Assembly: GCF_964194025.1 (NCBI RefSeq)
Contig: NC_134474.1
Coordinates: 60,140,001-60,204,000, forward strand
DNA: 64,000 nucleotides
Source: Convolutriloba macropyga
Lineage: Eukaryota
Direction: 5' to 3'
The notes under the pieces were generated by a model, which was not told the origin of the DNA, made no database searches, and saw only the letters and a list, made by a program, of their open reading frames with translations. Position 1 is the stretch's first letter. Each line of letters starts with the position of its first letter. Below are positions 1 to 14,004 of the stretch, piece after piece. The position numbers were made by a program, and so were the translations under genes.

Positions 1-920
1 ACAAGCAAGACTAAAAATTCAACTTTTATTTTTTTTGATAAGACAGGATCAACATCAAAAAACAAATGCTATGAACTCAAACTGTATTCCTCTAGTTCTC
101 ATTAGCAACCTGTTATTTAATGTCAATGAGTCCTCTCACTAAAAATATTAAATAATAAGACAAATAACCAAAAATCGCATAAAACTCGAAACTTTTTGAA
201 AACACATAGTATGAAAGTTACAGAACGCAACAACTACCGACAGATACATTTACATCAATTAATTGAGTTCTCAATGACCACCATTGAGACCTGTCACCAA
301 GTAGATTAGGTAAATAGACAGCAATAAGTACAACAAATACAGCAAAACTTAAAAATCAAAAAAAAAATTTGAAAAAACGAACAGGCGTATAAGTCTCAAA
401 ACGCAATAGCTATGATCTGAAATGATTTGCTTTAATTGAAGCCTTTTTGTCAACCACTGAGAACTGTCAATAATGATACAAAGAGTCAAGACGACGAAGT
501 TGAAAAGAAAAAGCCGCAAAACTCAAAAAGTTCGATAAATATTGAAAACAATTAGTGTCATAGAAAGCACTAGCTTTGAACAAAAACTATTAAATCGATA
601 CTTAACCCCTATTAACAGCATCAGACACCTTGCCCAAATGAGATTAAATGATAAGACATCAAAAAGTAAAAAACAAATACTTGCAGTTCTAAAAAATTCA
701 CTCCAAATTTTTGAGAAAAAGTAGTGTCAAAGTCATGAAAACCAATAGCTATTAATTCGAGCCATTAATTAGGTTCTTCTATATCTCCCATATTAGCAAC
801 CAATCAGACCTGTTATTGATAATACTAAGTGATAAGACACAGATAATTTTTTTTAAAAAAAAAGGGGCAAAAAATTATATGACAACAAATAGTGGCAAAG
901 TCATAAAAAGTTTTAGCTGC
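1..920. repeat. degenerate ~175-bp tandem repeat family (A-rich strand)
   Basis: The motif cctgt(c/t)a..aat...aa(g/a)tgataagac recurs near 108, 288, 462, 625 and 807. Related arrays at ~36200-36950 and ~48870-49850, and inverted at ~19300-19830, ~54260-55800 and ~62250-63500. Confidence 0.55.
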
Positions 921-1712
921 CCCCTAATAAATTCCAGCAAAGGCAAATAGGCACAATTAGAACACATTTGTACCGTCCTAAAAGCACCGAAGGAGAGGAA
1001 ACTCTGAAAACAAGTCACATTGACGCACCTGAAAAAAATCCATCTGAAAAACCGCCAAATTGTTCAAATACCAATTTCTCACTCCAGGTATTTTGAAAAA
1101 AGTCACGACTCAAACCTACTCAATTTTTCCCTCCCTTTACTATTTCAGTGTGACCAAAATCACTAATCTAATTTGACTAAGCCAAAGCCAAAAAAAGCTT
1201 AAACAAAAAAGCGTAAACAAAAAAAAAGACAGCGCACCAATACAATTCAAATTCTTTGACTTTTTAAAAAAAGGAGAGAGCCTAAATAATAACCGTTTGA
1301 GTGGCTGACGGCGGCTATTAATAAAATACGATATCAAATCCACACATGAATATTTTTAAACCTGATTGGTTCCACGTTGAAGAAAGACTTAATTGCAATC
1401 AAAACAAAAACTCAATCACAAAATGATGTTGTTTTATTTCTGTTCAAACAACAACACTTTGATAGCAAAAGTATACAACATGAACAATGTCAAAATGATA
1501 TACCCAGACCATTCCAGGCTATTGGTTCCATTAACAGTATTATGACGTTATTCTTAAAAAATGACATTTCAAAAATATTGATAACAAAAATGCTTTCGTT
1601 TTTCTGTCCTATAATTCTCAAATTCAATGCAACTGTGAAGCAGAAAGACGATATAGAATCACTTAGATGTTTTGACTTAGATGGTTCAACGACGAGAAAA
1701 AGAGCAATAATT

Positions 1713-4700
1713 AAACATACCTGGCAGATTGCCGGAAAATAGCCGCCGTTGATTTCAATAAGCATGATTGGGATTGAAAGAATAGATATTGAAAAAAAAA
1801 AGATTTTTTGTACAAAAACATTTTTTAAGTCCGATTTATTTTGATGGCATTTCGTAGTTGAACATACTTCTGTTTCTTAGAGAGAGGCTACAGGGTTATT
1901 ATCAATACCAACAAGCATTAGAGATGGTAACTAAGACTTATAGGAACGAAGTTCAAATAGCGGGCATCTAAAATTGGGCTTTATGGGTTTATCCCGTTTC
2001 TACTTCTGACTTCAATTTTTTATACTAACTCTGTTCATTTTGAATTGCTTTGCTGAGCAACTGATGTTGAAAATCACTTTTAGCAGAATGGGAGAAGAGA
2101 GAAACTTTCCTAGAGAAGTCAAAAAGATTTCACGCAAAATGTTGAAAAAGCGGCAAAATGAGGTAAAGCGAAACATTTTTTTTATTCGACGAAGTAAAAA
2201 ACATAGCAGGACAAGTCCTGAAAAACAATCCAAGGAATTGAATGCAAAACAGACCCAATATATTTGACCAGCAGATCAATTGAACAATTCCAGCCAAAAA
2301 GACAATCTCAAAAGTTGAGAAAGTAAAAGAATGAAACGAACTAAATAAATAATTATTGCTTAACCTTTTGAAGCTTTTAACCTGAAGACCATATATATGA
2401 CACAATTCAATATACTCATTAAATCACGCAAAACCCTTGAAACAGATCAATTTGCCACAAAATGTAAATAAACTTGAGAAATATAATAAATGCTTCAAAA
2501 TATTGAAAAATGAAAATTGAAAAATTTACTGAAATATGGCTAGAAAAATGTTCGAAACAATTTTTATTGTCTTCTGGAGTTCTGTCTTGTAACAACTCGG
2601 CATATTTAATGTTTCGTTGGCCAGTAGAGATCGCTAAACTCAGAAAATGGCAAGAAATTTAAAAAAATTTAAACAATCAAAAATTTTAAAATGTAAGCTC
2701 TATTAAAAAAATTGCTTACAATTGCAATATTAAAAGAAATGAAAACTATTTTATTGCTACTGGAAATTGTGAAGTAACATACTAGCAAAACCTAAAGGAG
2801 TTTCCCTGGCCAGTGAGGAAAAATAAAATTTCAGAAATTGAAAGAAAAAATTGCAATTTGAAAATCGACAGAATTTGTAAAATTAATATCTTGAAACACA
2901 TTCCCCATACCACCAGCAACTATGCAGTAACTTATTATCAACATTTAGAGGAGATTTATTCACAGTTTAGGTTAGATAAGCCTGAAAAATCACAAAAAAA
3001 TTTTAAAATTAAAAAACAATAGCAAGTTTAGTAAAAAAAAAAATGGCAAAATTTGTGATATTAAAATATTTTCAATAAACCAATAAAACCATTCCAAGGC
3101 CAATAAAAAATTTTCATTAAACTAAACTATTAGCAAACCCTAGATGAGGTTTTTCGCCATTGGGGCTAGAAAACTTGAATAATGACAATAAAAGTTAGAA
3201 ACTTTGAAAAAAACTGCAATTTTTATCAAAAAAATTGTTAAATTTTGTGAAGTAAAAATTTTGAAAATCATTCCTTTACCACTAGAAACATAATAACGAC
3301 CTATTAATTGGCCCCACAAAAGGTTTTTTGACTCCAAGGGCTGAAACAAATCAAAAACGCCAAAAATTTTCAAAAAAATGGTAAAAATTGGTATAAATTA
3401 CCGTGTTTATGTTTGGAGTAGCAAAACATATAGCTCTTAAAATGGCCATAAAAAAGAATTTCGTCTTGCAAAAACCCTTTATCGACTTTTACAAACCTCA
3501 ATTTTAGACTGATCCAACAAAAAATCCAAAAAATGACGAAAAAAGCGAAAAATTCCATTATTTTGGGCTCAAAAACTCCTAAAAGTCACGAAAAAAGGTG
3601 TGAAAACATCTTACAAAAATAAAAAAAAGACAGAGCACCAATACAATCCAATTCTTGGATTGTAAAAAACACATAGCAGGACAAGTCCTGAAATACAATC
3701 CAAGGAAATGAATGAAAAACAGGCCTAATGTACCCGACTAGCAGATCAATTGAACAATCCCAGCCAAAAAGACGAAATCTCGAAAGTTGAGAAACTAAAA
3801 GAATCAAACTGAAAAAAAAACAATTATTCCTAAAACTCTTGAAGCTTTTAACCTGAAGGCCATTTATGACACAATGCAATATAGTCAATAACTCACGCAA
3901 AAGAATTGAAAGAGATTAATTTGACACTAAAGGTAGATAATCTCGAAAAACATGACAAATCCTTCAAAAAGAAATGTGAAAAATACTTCAAATGAAAAGG
4001 AAAAATTTAACAATATTTTTCGAAAATGTGTCTGGAAAAAATGTTTAAATTCATTTTTCGCTGTGGAGTTCTGTTTTGTAACTCATCTGCAACATTTAAA
4101 AACTTTCGTTGGCCAATAAAGATAGTTAAACTCAGAAAATGACAAAAAAAAATCAAAAATTTTGAAAACAATCAAAAAAATTTAAATTGCAAGCTTTATT
4201 TAAAAAATTACTTTTTTATGATTTGGAAATGTTTTGGCTGTTCAGGTTAGAGAAACCTAAAAACTGACAATTTGCAAAATTTTGAAAAAATTGGCTTATG
4301 CCATGGCCAATAAAAATTTTGCAGTTAACTATTAGCAAATCGTAGACGAGATTTCTTGCCCTCTGGAGCTGGAAAACTTGAATAATGACAATTAGGTCAG
4401 AAAATTGGAAAAAACTGCAAGTTTTATCAAAAAAATTTGTAACATTCGTGAAGATGAATACCATTCCAGTACCACTAGAAACTATAAAATAACCTCTTAT
4501 TGTGACACCAAGAGCTGAAACAACAAAAAGATTCAAAAAACTTGAAAAAATTTTAAAAATTAGAATAAATTACCGTGTTATTGTTTGGTGTAGCAGTACA
4601 TATAGCTCTTAAAATGGCTATAAAAGTAATTACGTCTGGCAAAAGACCTTTACCAACTTTTACAAACCTCAATTTCAGACTGGTCCAGCAAAAAATCCGA

Positions 4701-5016
4701 AATGACAAAAAATTTGCAACATTTTGGGCTCAAAAATTTCTGAAAATGACCTGTTAACCTTGAATTACGGCCTTCCCAGTAGCTCACCACCCTAAGTACT
4801 TGAAGAACTACTAAACGCGGCTAAGGGCCTCTAATGAAACTTGATGCCCGCTGAGCTTTACCTGTTTATCCCGTTTTGAGAGCTCAAAGTCATGAAAAAA
4901 AGTTTGAAAACATCTTACAAAAATAAAAAAAAAGACAGAGCGCCAATACAATCCAATTCTTGGATTGTAATAGGAGCGCTATAATAGCCGGCTGAGAAGA
5001 TGAGGGCGGCTATTAA
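1713..5016 (-). mobile_element. Helentron-associated (HINE-like) element, family A, carrying two tandem family-C elements
   Basis: Minus-strand 5' end TTAATAGCCGCC...GGCTATT (subTIR plus inverted repeat); 3' end GGCGGCTATT, hairpin, TATGTTT. Nested C copies at ~2199-3665 and ~3668-4970. Confidence 0.75.
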
Positions 5017-5393
5017 ACAGAAAACCTTATCCAAATTTGTTTGTTTCGTTCCTGTCTACTTAATTCATTGCAAAACAAAACTGTGGAATGCAAAACAAAA
5101 ACACTGCCAAATGCTACCCAAAACAAATCCGCACCAATAATAGAACAATTCATTTCAATCATAAACAAACTTAAATATATTTAATAAATTATAAAAGCTT
5201 TCTTCTGTTCAATTGCTGTTCTTGGTAGCAAATGGAGAATATATAAATTGATCTCAATGGCACCCTGTATGTTTTCCACTAGGAGGAACACGTGACATTC
5301 ATTCTTACTCTAAACAAAATCAGATAAAAATTTAAAATTTTCTAAAGCTTATTATTTTAGATTGAACTGTGGACCAAACAATACAATTTCAGA

Positions 5394-5429
5394 TCAACAG
5401 CTCATCAGTTCAACATCTGGTTGGCTGAA
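5394..5429 (-). CDS. probable terminal coding exon of the KDM7-like gene
   Basis: Strong acceptor tttttttacctag followed in phase 0 by FSQPDVELMSC-stop. Assigned by phase and position only. Confidence 0.45.
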   Translation of the reverse strand, partial: FSQPDVELMSC

Positions 5430-7856
5430 CTAGGTAAAAAAAACGCTGATTATTGATATTCAGCTGCAGAGGTGTAGAAGTCAGTAAGCAGTTCGCTATT
5501 CTTTAAATTCATGTTAAAATCTTTGAACAAGTAACTCTTAGGCTGGCAAAAATCAGGCTGCACATAAGCGAAAAACAAGCAAGAGCTAGAGAAAAATAAA
5601 CATACCCGACTAACGTCTGGCGAATTTCTCTCAAACGACTAGTGAGCGGTCAAATTTTTAAAACTAAGAACCACCCTTTACACCTTGAAATTGTCTCTTC
5701 AAAACAGTTTTGGTGAATCGCACACTTGAACACCAGTTAGGCGTTAGGCTAGCTGCTCGGCTACTTAAGTTTCTCCCAGCACTACCTGTTTATCCCATTT
5801 TTGAGGACGAAAAGTCAGATGAGTCAGACGAAAAATTGGTCAAATGAAAAATTCCATAAAAAGACCAGATGACTAATATAATTGCTACAAACTTCGTTTG
5901 AGCAATTAAACAAATTGAAAAAGGGGCAAAAACACTTAAGAAAAGTTGCTCAAGTTCTTGACGCTAGTGTTCTCAAAACTGAAATTATGCCACTAAAATT
6001 AAAGCAATAACCCATGCATAAACTTTGAAAGAGCTTCGTTGGCCCTTGGAGATCAAAAACCTTGAAAAAATGACAAAGATTTTAAATTGAAAACATTGAA
6101 AATTCTAACAAACATAGCTCGCAGATTACCAGAAAGCAGCCGCAATAGCGTCGTAGAACTGCACTCTCAAAAAGATGGTTACAGAAAGAGACCAGAGAGA
6201 AAATTCTTTCTGGTAAATTTTGAGATTTTATATTTTGATTACGAATCTCTATAAGTTATAGCTGCTCTCCAATAACCTCCATTTAGAGTGACACGCACTG
6301 ACTTGACCTTATCTCTTTGAATTAAAGTAAAGAAAAGTCAGGAAGTCAATTTAGAGAGAGAGGTAAGTGAGGAAAACCCAAAAATTTTTAATCACACAAA
6401 TAACAAAAAACTAGCTCCAATAATTGAAATTCCTTAAACGCATGAAAAAGCAGATTTGAAGTGGTGATTGTGACGTCATATGGTCGTAACAAAAATCTTG
6501 ACAAAACAAAAAACCAAGAGAAGGCCAATGATAGCCCCAGCTATCGCTGTACGGCTATTACAAACTATTTCATTGGCCCCTATAGATTTGAAAACTGAAA
6601 ACACATCAAAACGCAAATTTTTATTGAACAGTCGCTAAAATTCGTGATATTCTTGAAAACCATTTTATTGTCACTAAAAACAATGCAGCAGCCTATTACC
6701 AAACAAACAAGTTTCACTGGCCCCTGAACATCGAAAAACTCGGAAAAAACATGAAAAAATTGTAAATTTTATAGCAAAGTCACCACAATTCGTTAGATTA
6801 ACATCTTAAAACAATTTTATGCTCTCTAGCATCTATTGAACATATTCCGTTTAAGCCCTAAAAAAGTTTTAATGGCCGCTAAAGGTAGAAAAATTTTAGC
6901 TGACAAAACGAACATCAAAAGAAATTTAGTCTGGCAAAAGACCTTTTATCAATTTGGACGAACGTCAATTTAAGACTAAAAAACTTGCACAAAAATGGAA
7001 CCGTGAAAAACTGCACCATTTTGGAGTCAAAAACCTGAATATGATCTTTTCAATTTGAATTCAGGCCTTCCCCGCAAGCACTTACAGGACTACAAAACCC
7101 AGCTAGTGGCCTCTAACAAAACTTAACGCCCAGTGGACACTACCTGTTTACCATTTGGTACCTGTTTACAGAGCACCAATTAAACCCAATTATTTGATTG
7201 TAAAAAAGTAGAGTGCCCAAATACTAACCGTTGAGAGGCTGACGGCGAGCACTAAAAAAAAACAAAAATGCCTTTTAACTTTCTCGTTTACCTTAATTGT
7301 ATTTCACTTTTTTTCAGCAGCTTCCCATTTTAAACTTAATTATTGAATTTTTCTTACCGCAATTAGCAGATCGAATTATCAAATTTGGCGAGATCATAGG
7401 ACGCTAAGACACAAAACCTTTAAGTCGGATGGTTAACTTACAAAAACTTTCCATGCTAACCTTAAAATATCTTCTAAATTTTGCAAGACGTTGTTTCGCC
7501 TTATAAGGAATTTTATCATGTATAATTTATAATTTTACCATCCCATCAGCATCCAGGCAATCAGAACGTTGCTTCAATTTTGCTAGGATTTCTCTTCTTA
7601 AAATTTATACTTCGAAGTCTTCAAAAATTTGTTTTCAAAAAACTTTCTCTTGGTTATTATGAAACAAAGCTTCATTTAAAAAAAGCTTAAATCTAATTAC
7701 TAAAAAAGTGAAAATGATTCAATTTTCCCCACAAGCTATGAAAAATTCAGTAATTTTCAGATGAAAAGAAAAATAGCATTGCATATATTCTGATAATCGA
7801 ACGATAATTCTTGCACGGTCGCAAAGATTCGGGTCACATTTAAAATTCTCAAGTAC

Positions 7857-7982
7857 CGTAGAGTCGTCAAACTTGAGGCCATCAGATGCCGTTGATATGC
7901 TGAGTTGACTTTCATTTTCATCAGCGTCATAATCATCCTGCTCATCTACACAATCACCATCACCATCCGGTTCCTCCTTCAC
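7857..7982 (-). CDS. probable KDM7-like exon 4 (acidic low-complexity)
   Basis: tgtttaaag|VKEEPDGDGDCVDEQDDYDADENESQLSISTASDGLKFDDST|gtactt; 126 nt, phase 0/0, GC-richer than its flanks. Splice sites are weak. Confidence 0.6.
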
Positions 7983-8923
7983 CTTTAAACAGCCAAGTTC
8001 ATTTATAATTCTTATATTTCCTGTCTCCAAAAACATTTTATTTTGAGCCATTTTATGAGGATTTCTCTAAATTACAAGTTTTCATCTGTTTCTTTTACCT
8101 CATGAACAAAGTCCTATCTTCGCTGCTCTACATGAAAAAGATAGAGTTTGTTGACGAATGAAGTATTGTAATGCTTATTGAAATAAAGCGGGACTATACA
8201 ATACAAATAACATATGCCGATCACATAGACGGCACATTGCCAGATAAAAAGCCTCAAAAGCTGCGTAGACCGATCATCTAAATTATCGAGAGATGTCATA
8301 TTTTTGACAACGTACGTGCTGTTTCTATTAATTGTCCTCAGATCCCCTTGAATTAAAGTAAGAAGTCATTTTGAAATTGAGGAAAGTCATTTTGAGGTCA
8401 TTCACGCGTCAACAAAACTTGATCAAAGGATGAGAGAATCACATCGGTGAAAAACGACTTCACAAACGCATTTCAGTCTAAGTTGCACGAATGAATGAAT
8501 TAAAAAAAAAACAGATTTGAAGTGAGCATGACGTCATATGGTCCTAATAAAAAACGTTGACGACAAAAAAACAGCGGGAAGAATTCCTGAAGCAACTAGA
8601 AGCATCGTAATTGCAACCGAAACCATTATCTTTTTTCAACAATTATTCTTTGCCTCAGCAGAGCTAAAAATCGCAACTCGTCAAAACAAGAAAAATTCTC
8701 AGCATAATGATAAATGAAAGAGATCTGATGCAAACAACAAAATGAAAAAAATGAAATAAAAAAATAAAACTCTTTAATAAACTCATGAAAGCATAGCAAA
8801 TCAAACTGTAGATTGGTGCCGAAACACAGCAGATTTTTTCGAATAACACAAAAGCGCTAAATACTAGAATGTGAAGTTTACGGACTCTGATGGCTGCTTT
8901 CGCTGCCCTCATTCTCAAGTGAT

Positions 8924-9235
8924 AACATAAACCGACTAATGTTGGAAGAATTGCTCTCGAACGACAGTGGCTGTAGCCTAGATAAACTTTTCTTTATTGG
9001 TGCAAAAATAGTTGAGCATGCCGCGATTCGAAATAAGGACTTTCCGATCCCTCGCCAGAAGCACTGCTCGCTCGGCTATCAGCCTTTTCGCTATGCTGCA
9101 ATCGATTTTATATTAGCAACAATCTTACTTCGGAGTGAGAGCAATAGAGAGCACTCAAAAATGAAGAACAAAAGCGTGAAAAAGTCACTTGAGAAGTCGA
9201 AGAATGTTCTAGAAGAAAAGCGCGAGAGCAATTAA
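8924..9235 (-). mobile_element. HINE-like family B element with tRNA-like segment
   Basis: ccgac-taat-gttgg hairpin and subTIR aattgctctcg...cgagagcaatt; similar to 44984-45383. Confidence 0.7.
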
Positions 9236-10806
9236 TAATAAAAACTGAAGCGCGAATATCCATTTACAATCTTGACATTAAATTCCTTTTTAATTAGCTT
9301 AAAGTCAAAATTTAGTTTTCATTTCTATGGCAGACCATAACCCCTATTTTGTTTACGTAAATCTTAAACAACCGGATGACATTATAATTATTGTAAACGT
9401 AAGATCTCGTACTATGCACCTATATTATTGGGTGACTTAACTTTTTAAATTTCTTGAAGATACTTGTATAATACTGCCAAGAAGAAGAAAAGTACTTGGT
9501 GAGGTAATTAAACTGCTAACGCATATGTCAATATTTTTTGGTTATGTACTCAAAAACAGCAAGAAAAGTGCAATTCGGATATTGAGCCGCTTGAGAAATC
9601 AGTAAATATTTATGAAGGACCATTACAACCCGGGGTACAGAACTCCCGAAGAATGGAAGAACACAATACCGCAGAACCATCCTAGAATTCAGTTGCTTTA
9701 AGCTCTTTCAATTTTCTTTTGCTACTAATTTTTGCTCAACAGCTTTACAAAAATAATGATTCCTTCTAAGCTAAGATTGATTAAATGTTTCATAAGTTGA
9801 AGCGCATTTATTACTTAATAAAAGGAAGCGATAATGTGGATAACGCGCATCCAAAACCAATCTAAACAAGACAAGTATTATATCTAACACAATCCGCTTA
9901 AAACCTCAACGGTGAAACAACTAAATAGCTGAAATTATTTTGCCCTAATTATATCAATTTTTTTCTCATACAAAGTACTCTTCCAAAAACAGAGCATAAA
10001 GCGAACATACTCGAAAAAAATTAGTAGACAAAACGCATTTTCATTACTTTGAGAGCTAAAACATATTGAAAAATAAATAGGAGGCAGGTACATATAATTA
10101 TTTAATATATGGATTCAGTAAAATTGCATAGCCAAAATTGACAATATTGTTGAAACCGAAATTATGAAACAAAATCACAAACACACCTAACGTCCGTCGT
10201 AATGCTCTCGAACGACTAGTGGGAGCTCTAATAAAGCCACCTTTTAAAGTAGCCTGGAGGAGGGGGACTAAGAAGTTAAGTAAGTTGCTTCAAATTTAAA
10301 GTGAAAGATGGCACTAACTTCTTCGCACTTCTCCTTTGACGTTTACAATTCAGCTTTATTTTGTTCGAGAACAAAAAAAATGTATAATAAATAACACGGT
10401 TTAACCTCCCTGCAATAGTTGGGGGGGGGGGTCAACAGTGGGGGTGTCTTCAAACTCTAAGAACCGCCCTTCACACCATAAGTATTAGTCTCCAAAACAA
10501 GTTGTGCTGAAACAGAGCTGAAAAGCTCTATGACCACGTAAAACCCACTGGGCTCTACCTGATTATACCATTTTTGAGGACGAAAAGTCGAATGCGTCAG
10601 ATGAAAAATCGGTCAAGCGAAAAATCGCATAAAAACGACCGACAGGAAAGAAGGCCAATAATAGCTCCGCACTGCTATTACTATCGCATCTATTAATAGA
10701 GGTCTAAAAAACATTTTGCAGACCTTCAGATACAATTGCTGCACAGGGGGGGGGGCGTTTACATACGATTTCTGTATGCAAGCCAATGAGGCTGGGACAC
10801 ACTTAC

Positions 10807-11304
10807 CTCATCTACAGAGCTACTCAATCTCGCATCACCAAATCCGCTGCTGGAAGATTGCGAGGGTGGCAAAGGTACTTCCACTTTAACTTTCGACTGC
10901 TTGGCAGCCTTGGCTCGCTTCTTTGTCGCACAGTAAAAGTTCGAGTCACCCTCACCATTATCATCACCACGTTGCGTGAAGTTGAACTTCATTGTTAACA
11001 AATCGGTCACTGAGTTCGACTTTTTCGTAATTTTCTGCAGAGTTTTAAGTAATCTCTTGTAATTGATCGGTTCCTCGGCAAGACGCAAGTCGTTCCTCAA
11101 TTTGGAATTGTTTTCATACCAGTCTTTCAACCTAGGCACCAACTCCTTCATGGCTCTGAGGTGGAATCTGTTGGGAACCTTTCCTACACTTCGCAGACTC
11201 TCAACTAGCTCGCAGAAGTTCTTAGCAGCATTAAAGTTGACAAGTTCGTAGTCTGGGAATGTGAACCTATCTGCAATGTTCAGTCGTTTTTCCAACTCGT
11301 ACAC
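10807..11304 (-). CDS. KDM7/PHF8-like demethylase, coding exon 3
   Basis: tttgtctttcag|VYELEKRLNIADRFTFPDYE, the helical region that follows JmjC in KDM2/KDM7. 498 nt, phase 0/0, donor GAG|gtaagt. Confidence 0.88.
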
Positions 11305-11461
11305 CTGAAAGACAAACCTGTGCAATGCATTGTCCGAAAATTGTCAACTATACATTATGGAATAGTTTTCTTTTAAGAGCAATAACTCTATTTCGTGATA
11401 TCCAAATTGCGAATGAACCACAAAGCCATCGCCTACTTTAATGCCGTATTTGTAAGTTCTA

Positions 11462-11833
<372 letters not shown>

Positions 11834-12058
11834 TCAATCTAACTCATTTCAGTTTTCGCAATTAAATAATTATCCTAGACAGAGGGCGAGGGGTTCTGAA
11901 CCACCAAAAACTGCCCCCTGACACCATGATTTTATATTTTCTCAGCAGCTTCAGCGAATGTAACACTCAGAGTTTGTTAAGGCTCTAAGAGAGCTGCTCA
12001 GCAACTTAGAGCCGTTTCGCTTATCCCGTTTTTGAGTCCAAAAATTCAAATATTAAGA

Positions 12059-14001
12059 ACACATAGCCGGAAGATTGCCGGAAAATAGCCGCGATAGACG
12101 CTTGTGGCCTTTCATGAACTGAAACAACTAAAGAAATAAGATAGACAGATCAACCACCAGTCCTTTAATAGACCATTAGACTTTTTGAGTTTAGATTCGG
12201 ACTGTCAATTTTATGGCACATGCGGTCAAATAAGAAAAATTCCTTAAAGAGCTTTTTCAAAATTAATATTCTAAATCAAAAACTCAAGAGTAATGCTCAA
12301 GAATTAGGGCATATAAGTTTGGCACTACGTTGAAGCACACTACTGATCTTTAACTAGCAAATTTTGATAAAATTTAAAGTTCCATAACTGAGTTCAGAAA
12401 TAATTTTTTAGTGAGGTAAGTCACGCAATTGACTGAACAGCAGAAATGACTTCACGCACACAAAATTTAACTGCAGAGCAGTTGAAGTCACTGACGTCAT
12501 TGAAAAAGTCAATTCCAAGAAGTCAGAAAAAACTTAGAAGTACTTTACCTGATCAGCAGATCAATTGAGCAAAGCCAGCCAAAACACAAAAAAAAATCAT
12601 CTAAAAAAATTGAGAAACTAAAACAATCAAACAAACTAAACAAAAAGAAACTCATTGCTAAAACACAGCTTTTACCCATTAGGCAGAATTTCATCCCTTT
12701 AAATATACCTATTTCAAAAATATTTTCAAGACCAATTTTTGCTTCTGAAATCGGTCCAGTATCAAATCTGCTTGACCTGAAAAAAATTCATTGGCCCTTG
12801 AAGATCGATTAACTCAAAAATGAGCAAAAATTTAAAAAAAAAAAAGAAATCAATTGCAAATTTTAACAAAACTTTGCTGAAAATCGTGATATTAACATCT
12901 TCAGAAAGTTTTCTGTGTCTCTACAGGCTATTCATTAAATCAATTCCAAGACTTAAATATTCATTGGCTCAACGATCGATAGGCAATAATTTTTTAGAAT
13001 ATCTTCAAAAAATAGAAATTCGTTTTATAAAAAAGTTGAAAACCAATCCATTGCCCCTAGCAACTAAGTAATAGCATGCTATCAAAACCTGGAGGAGGTT
13101 ACCTGGCTACTGAGACAAGAAAAACTGAATAAAAGAAATGTTTCAAAAAACTTGGAAAAAAATGCAAATTTCATCAAAAAATTTCTAAAATTCGAAATGA
13201 TAAATTCCTGAAAACAAATCCATTCAAACTAACAACCATGCAGTAACTTTTTATAAGACCGTGGAAAAAGTTTTTTGGCACTTGAGAATGGACAAATCTC
13301 AAAAAATCACAAAAACTTCAGAAAACCTTGAAAAAAATTGTAGATTTTATCAAAAAAAGCCAAAATTCGATACATTCAAAAGTTAAAACCAATCCATTAA
13401 AATTAGAAACTATGAAGTGCTCTATTATCAAACCTCAAAGGAGGCGTCCTAGCCCCTGAGGCTGGAAAAACTCAAAAAATGCCAAAAATTCTCAAAAAAA
13501 ACTTGAAAAAAAATGCAGAAATTAGTATCATTTTGCGTGTTTGTATTTGTAGCACCAAAAAATATAGCTCATAAAATGGTCAATAATTTTACAAAATGGT
13601 CATAAAAATGTCATTAATTTTCACTTGCAAAATGCCTTCATCCACTTTCAAACACTTCAACCAAAGAGTTATCAAGTAAAAAAAATCGAAAAAATAAAAA
13701 AAAACATTTAAAATTGCACCCTTTTGAGCCCAATAACTCCTTAAAATGACCTTTTAACCATAAATTAGGGCTATCCCAGCAGCTGCACCACTCTAAGCAT
13801 TTGCAGGACTACTGAAGCCCACTTTGCGCTTCTAATGAAACTTCATGCCCGCTAGGCTTTACCTGTTTATCCCGTTTTCAAAGATCAAAATCATTGAAAA
13901 TGTGTGAATCTTAAAAAAAACACAGCGCCCCAATACAATTCTTTGAATTGTAAAAAAACACGATGTCCCCAATAATAGCCGCAATCTGTTCGCGGCTATT
14001 A
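12059..14001 (-). mobile_element. composite HINE-like element with 11-bp subTIR aatagccgcga/tcgcggctatt
   Basis: Hairpin and subTIR at ~12066-12095; stacked C-type and A-type ends at 13921-14001; degenerate ~120-bp internal repeats. Confidence 0.7.
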
Positions 14002-14004
14002 AGA

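Noticed and set aside
542-4757. Many short K/N/F-rich ORFs here and in other repeats (e.g. 23300-23548, 32612-32923)
   Set aside because: Chance ORFs in A/T-skewed repeats; reading frames are not conserved between copies.
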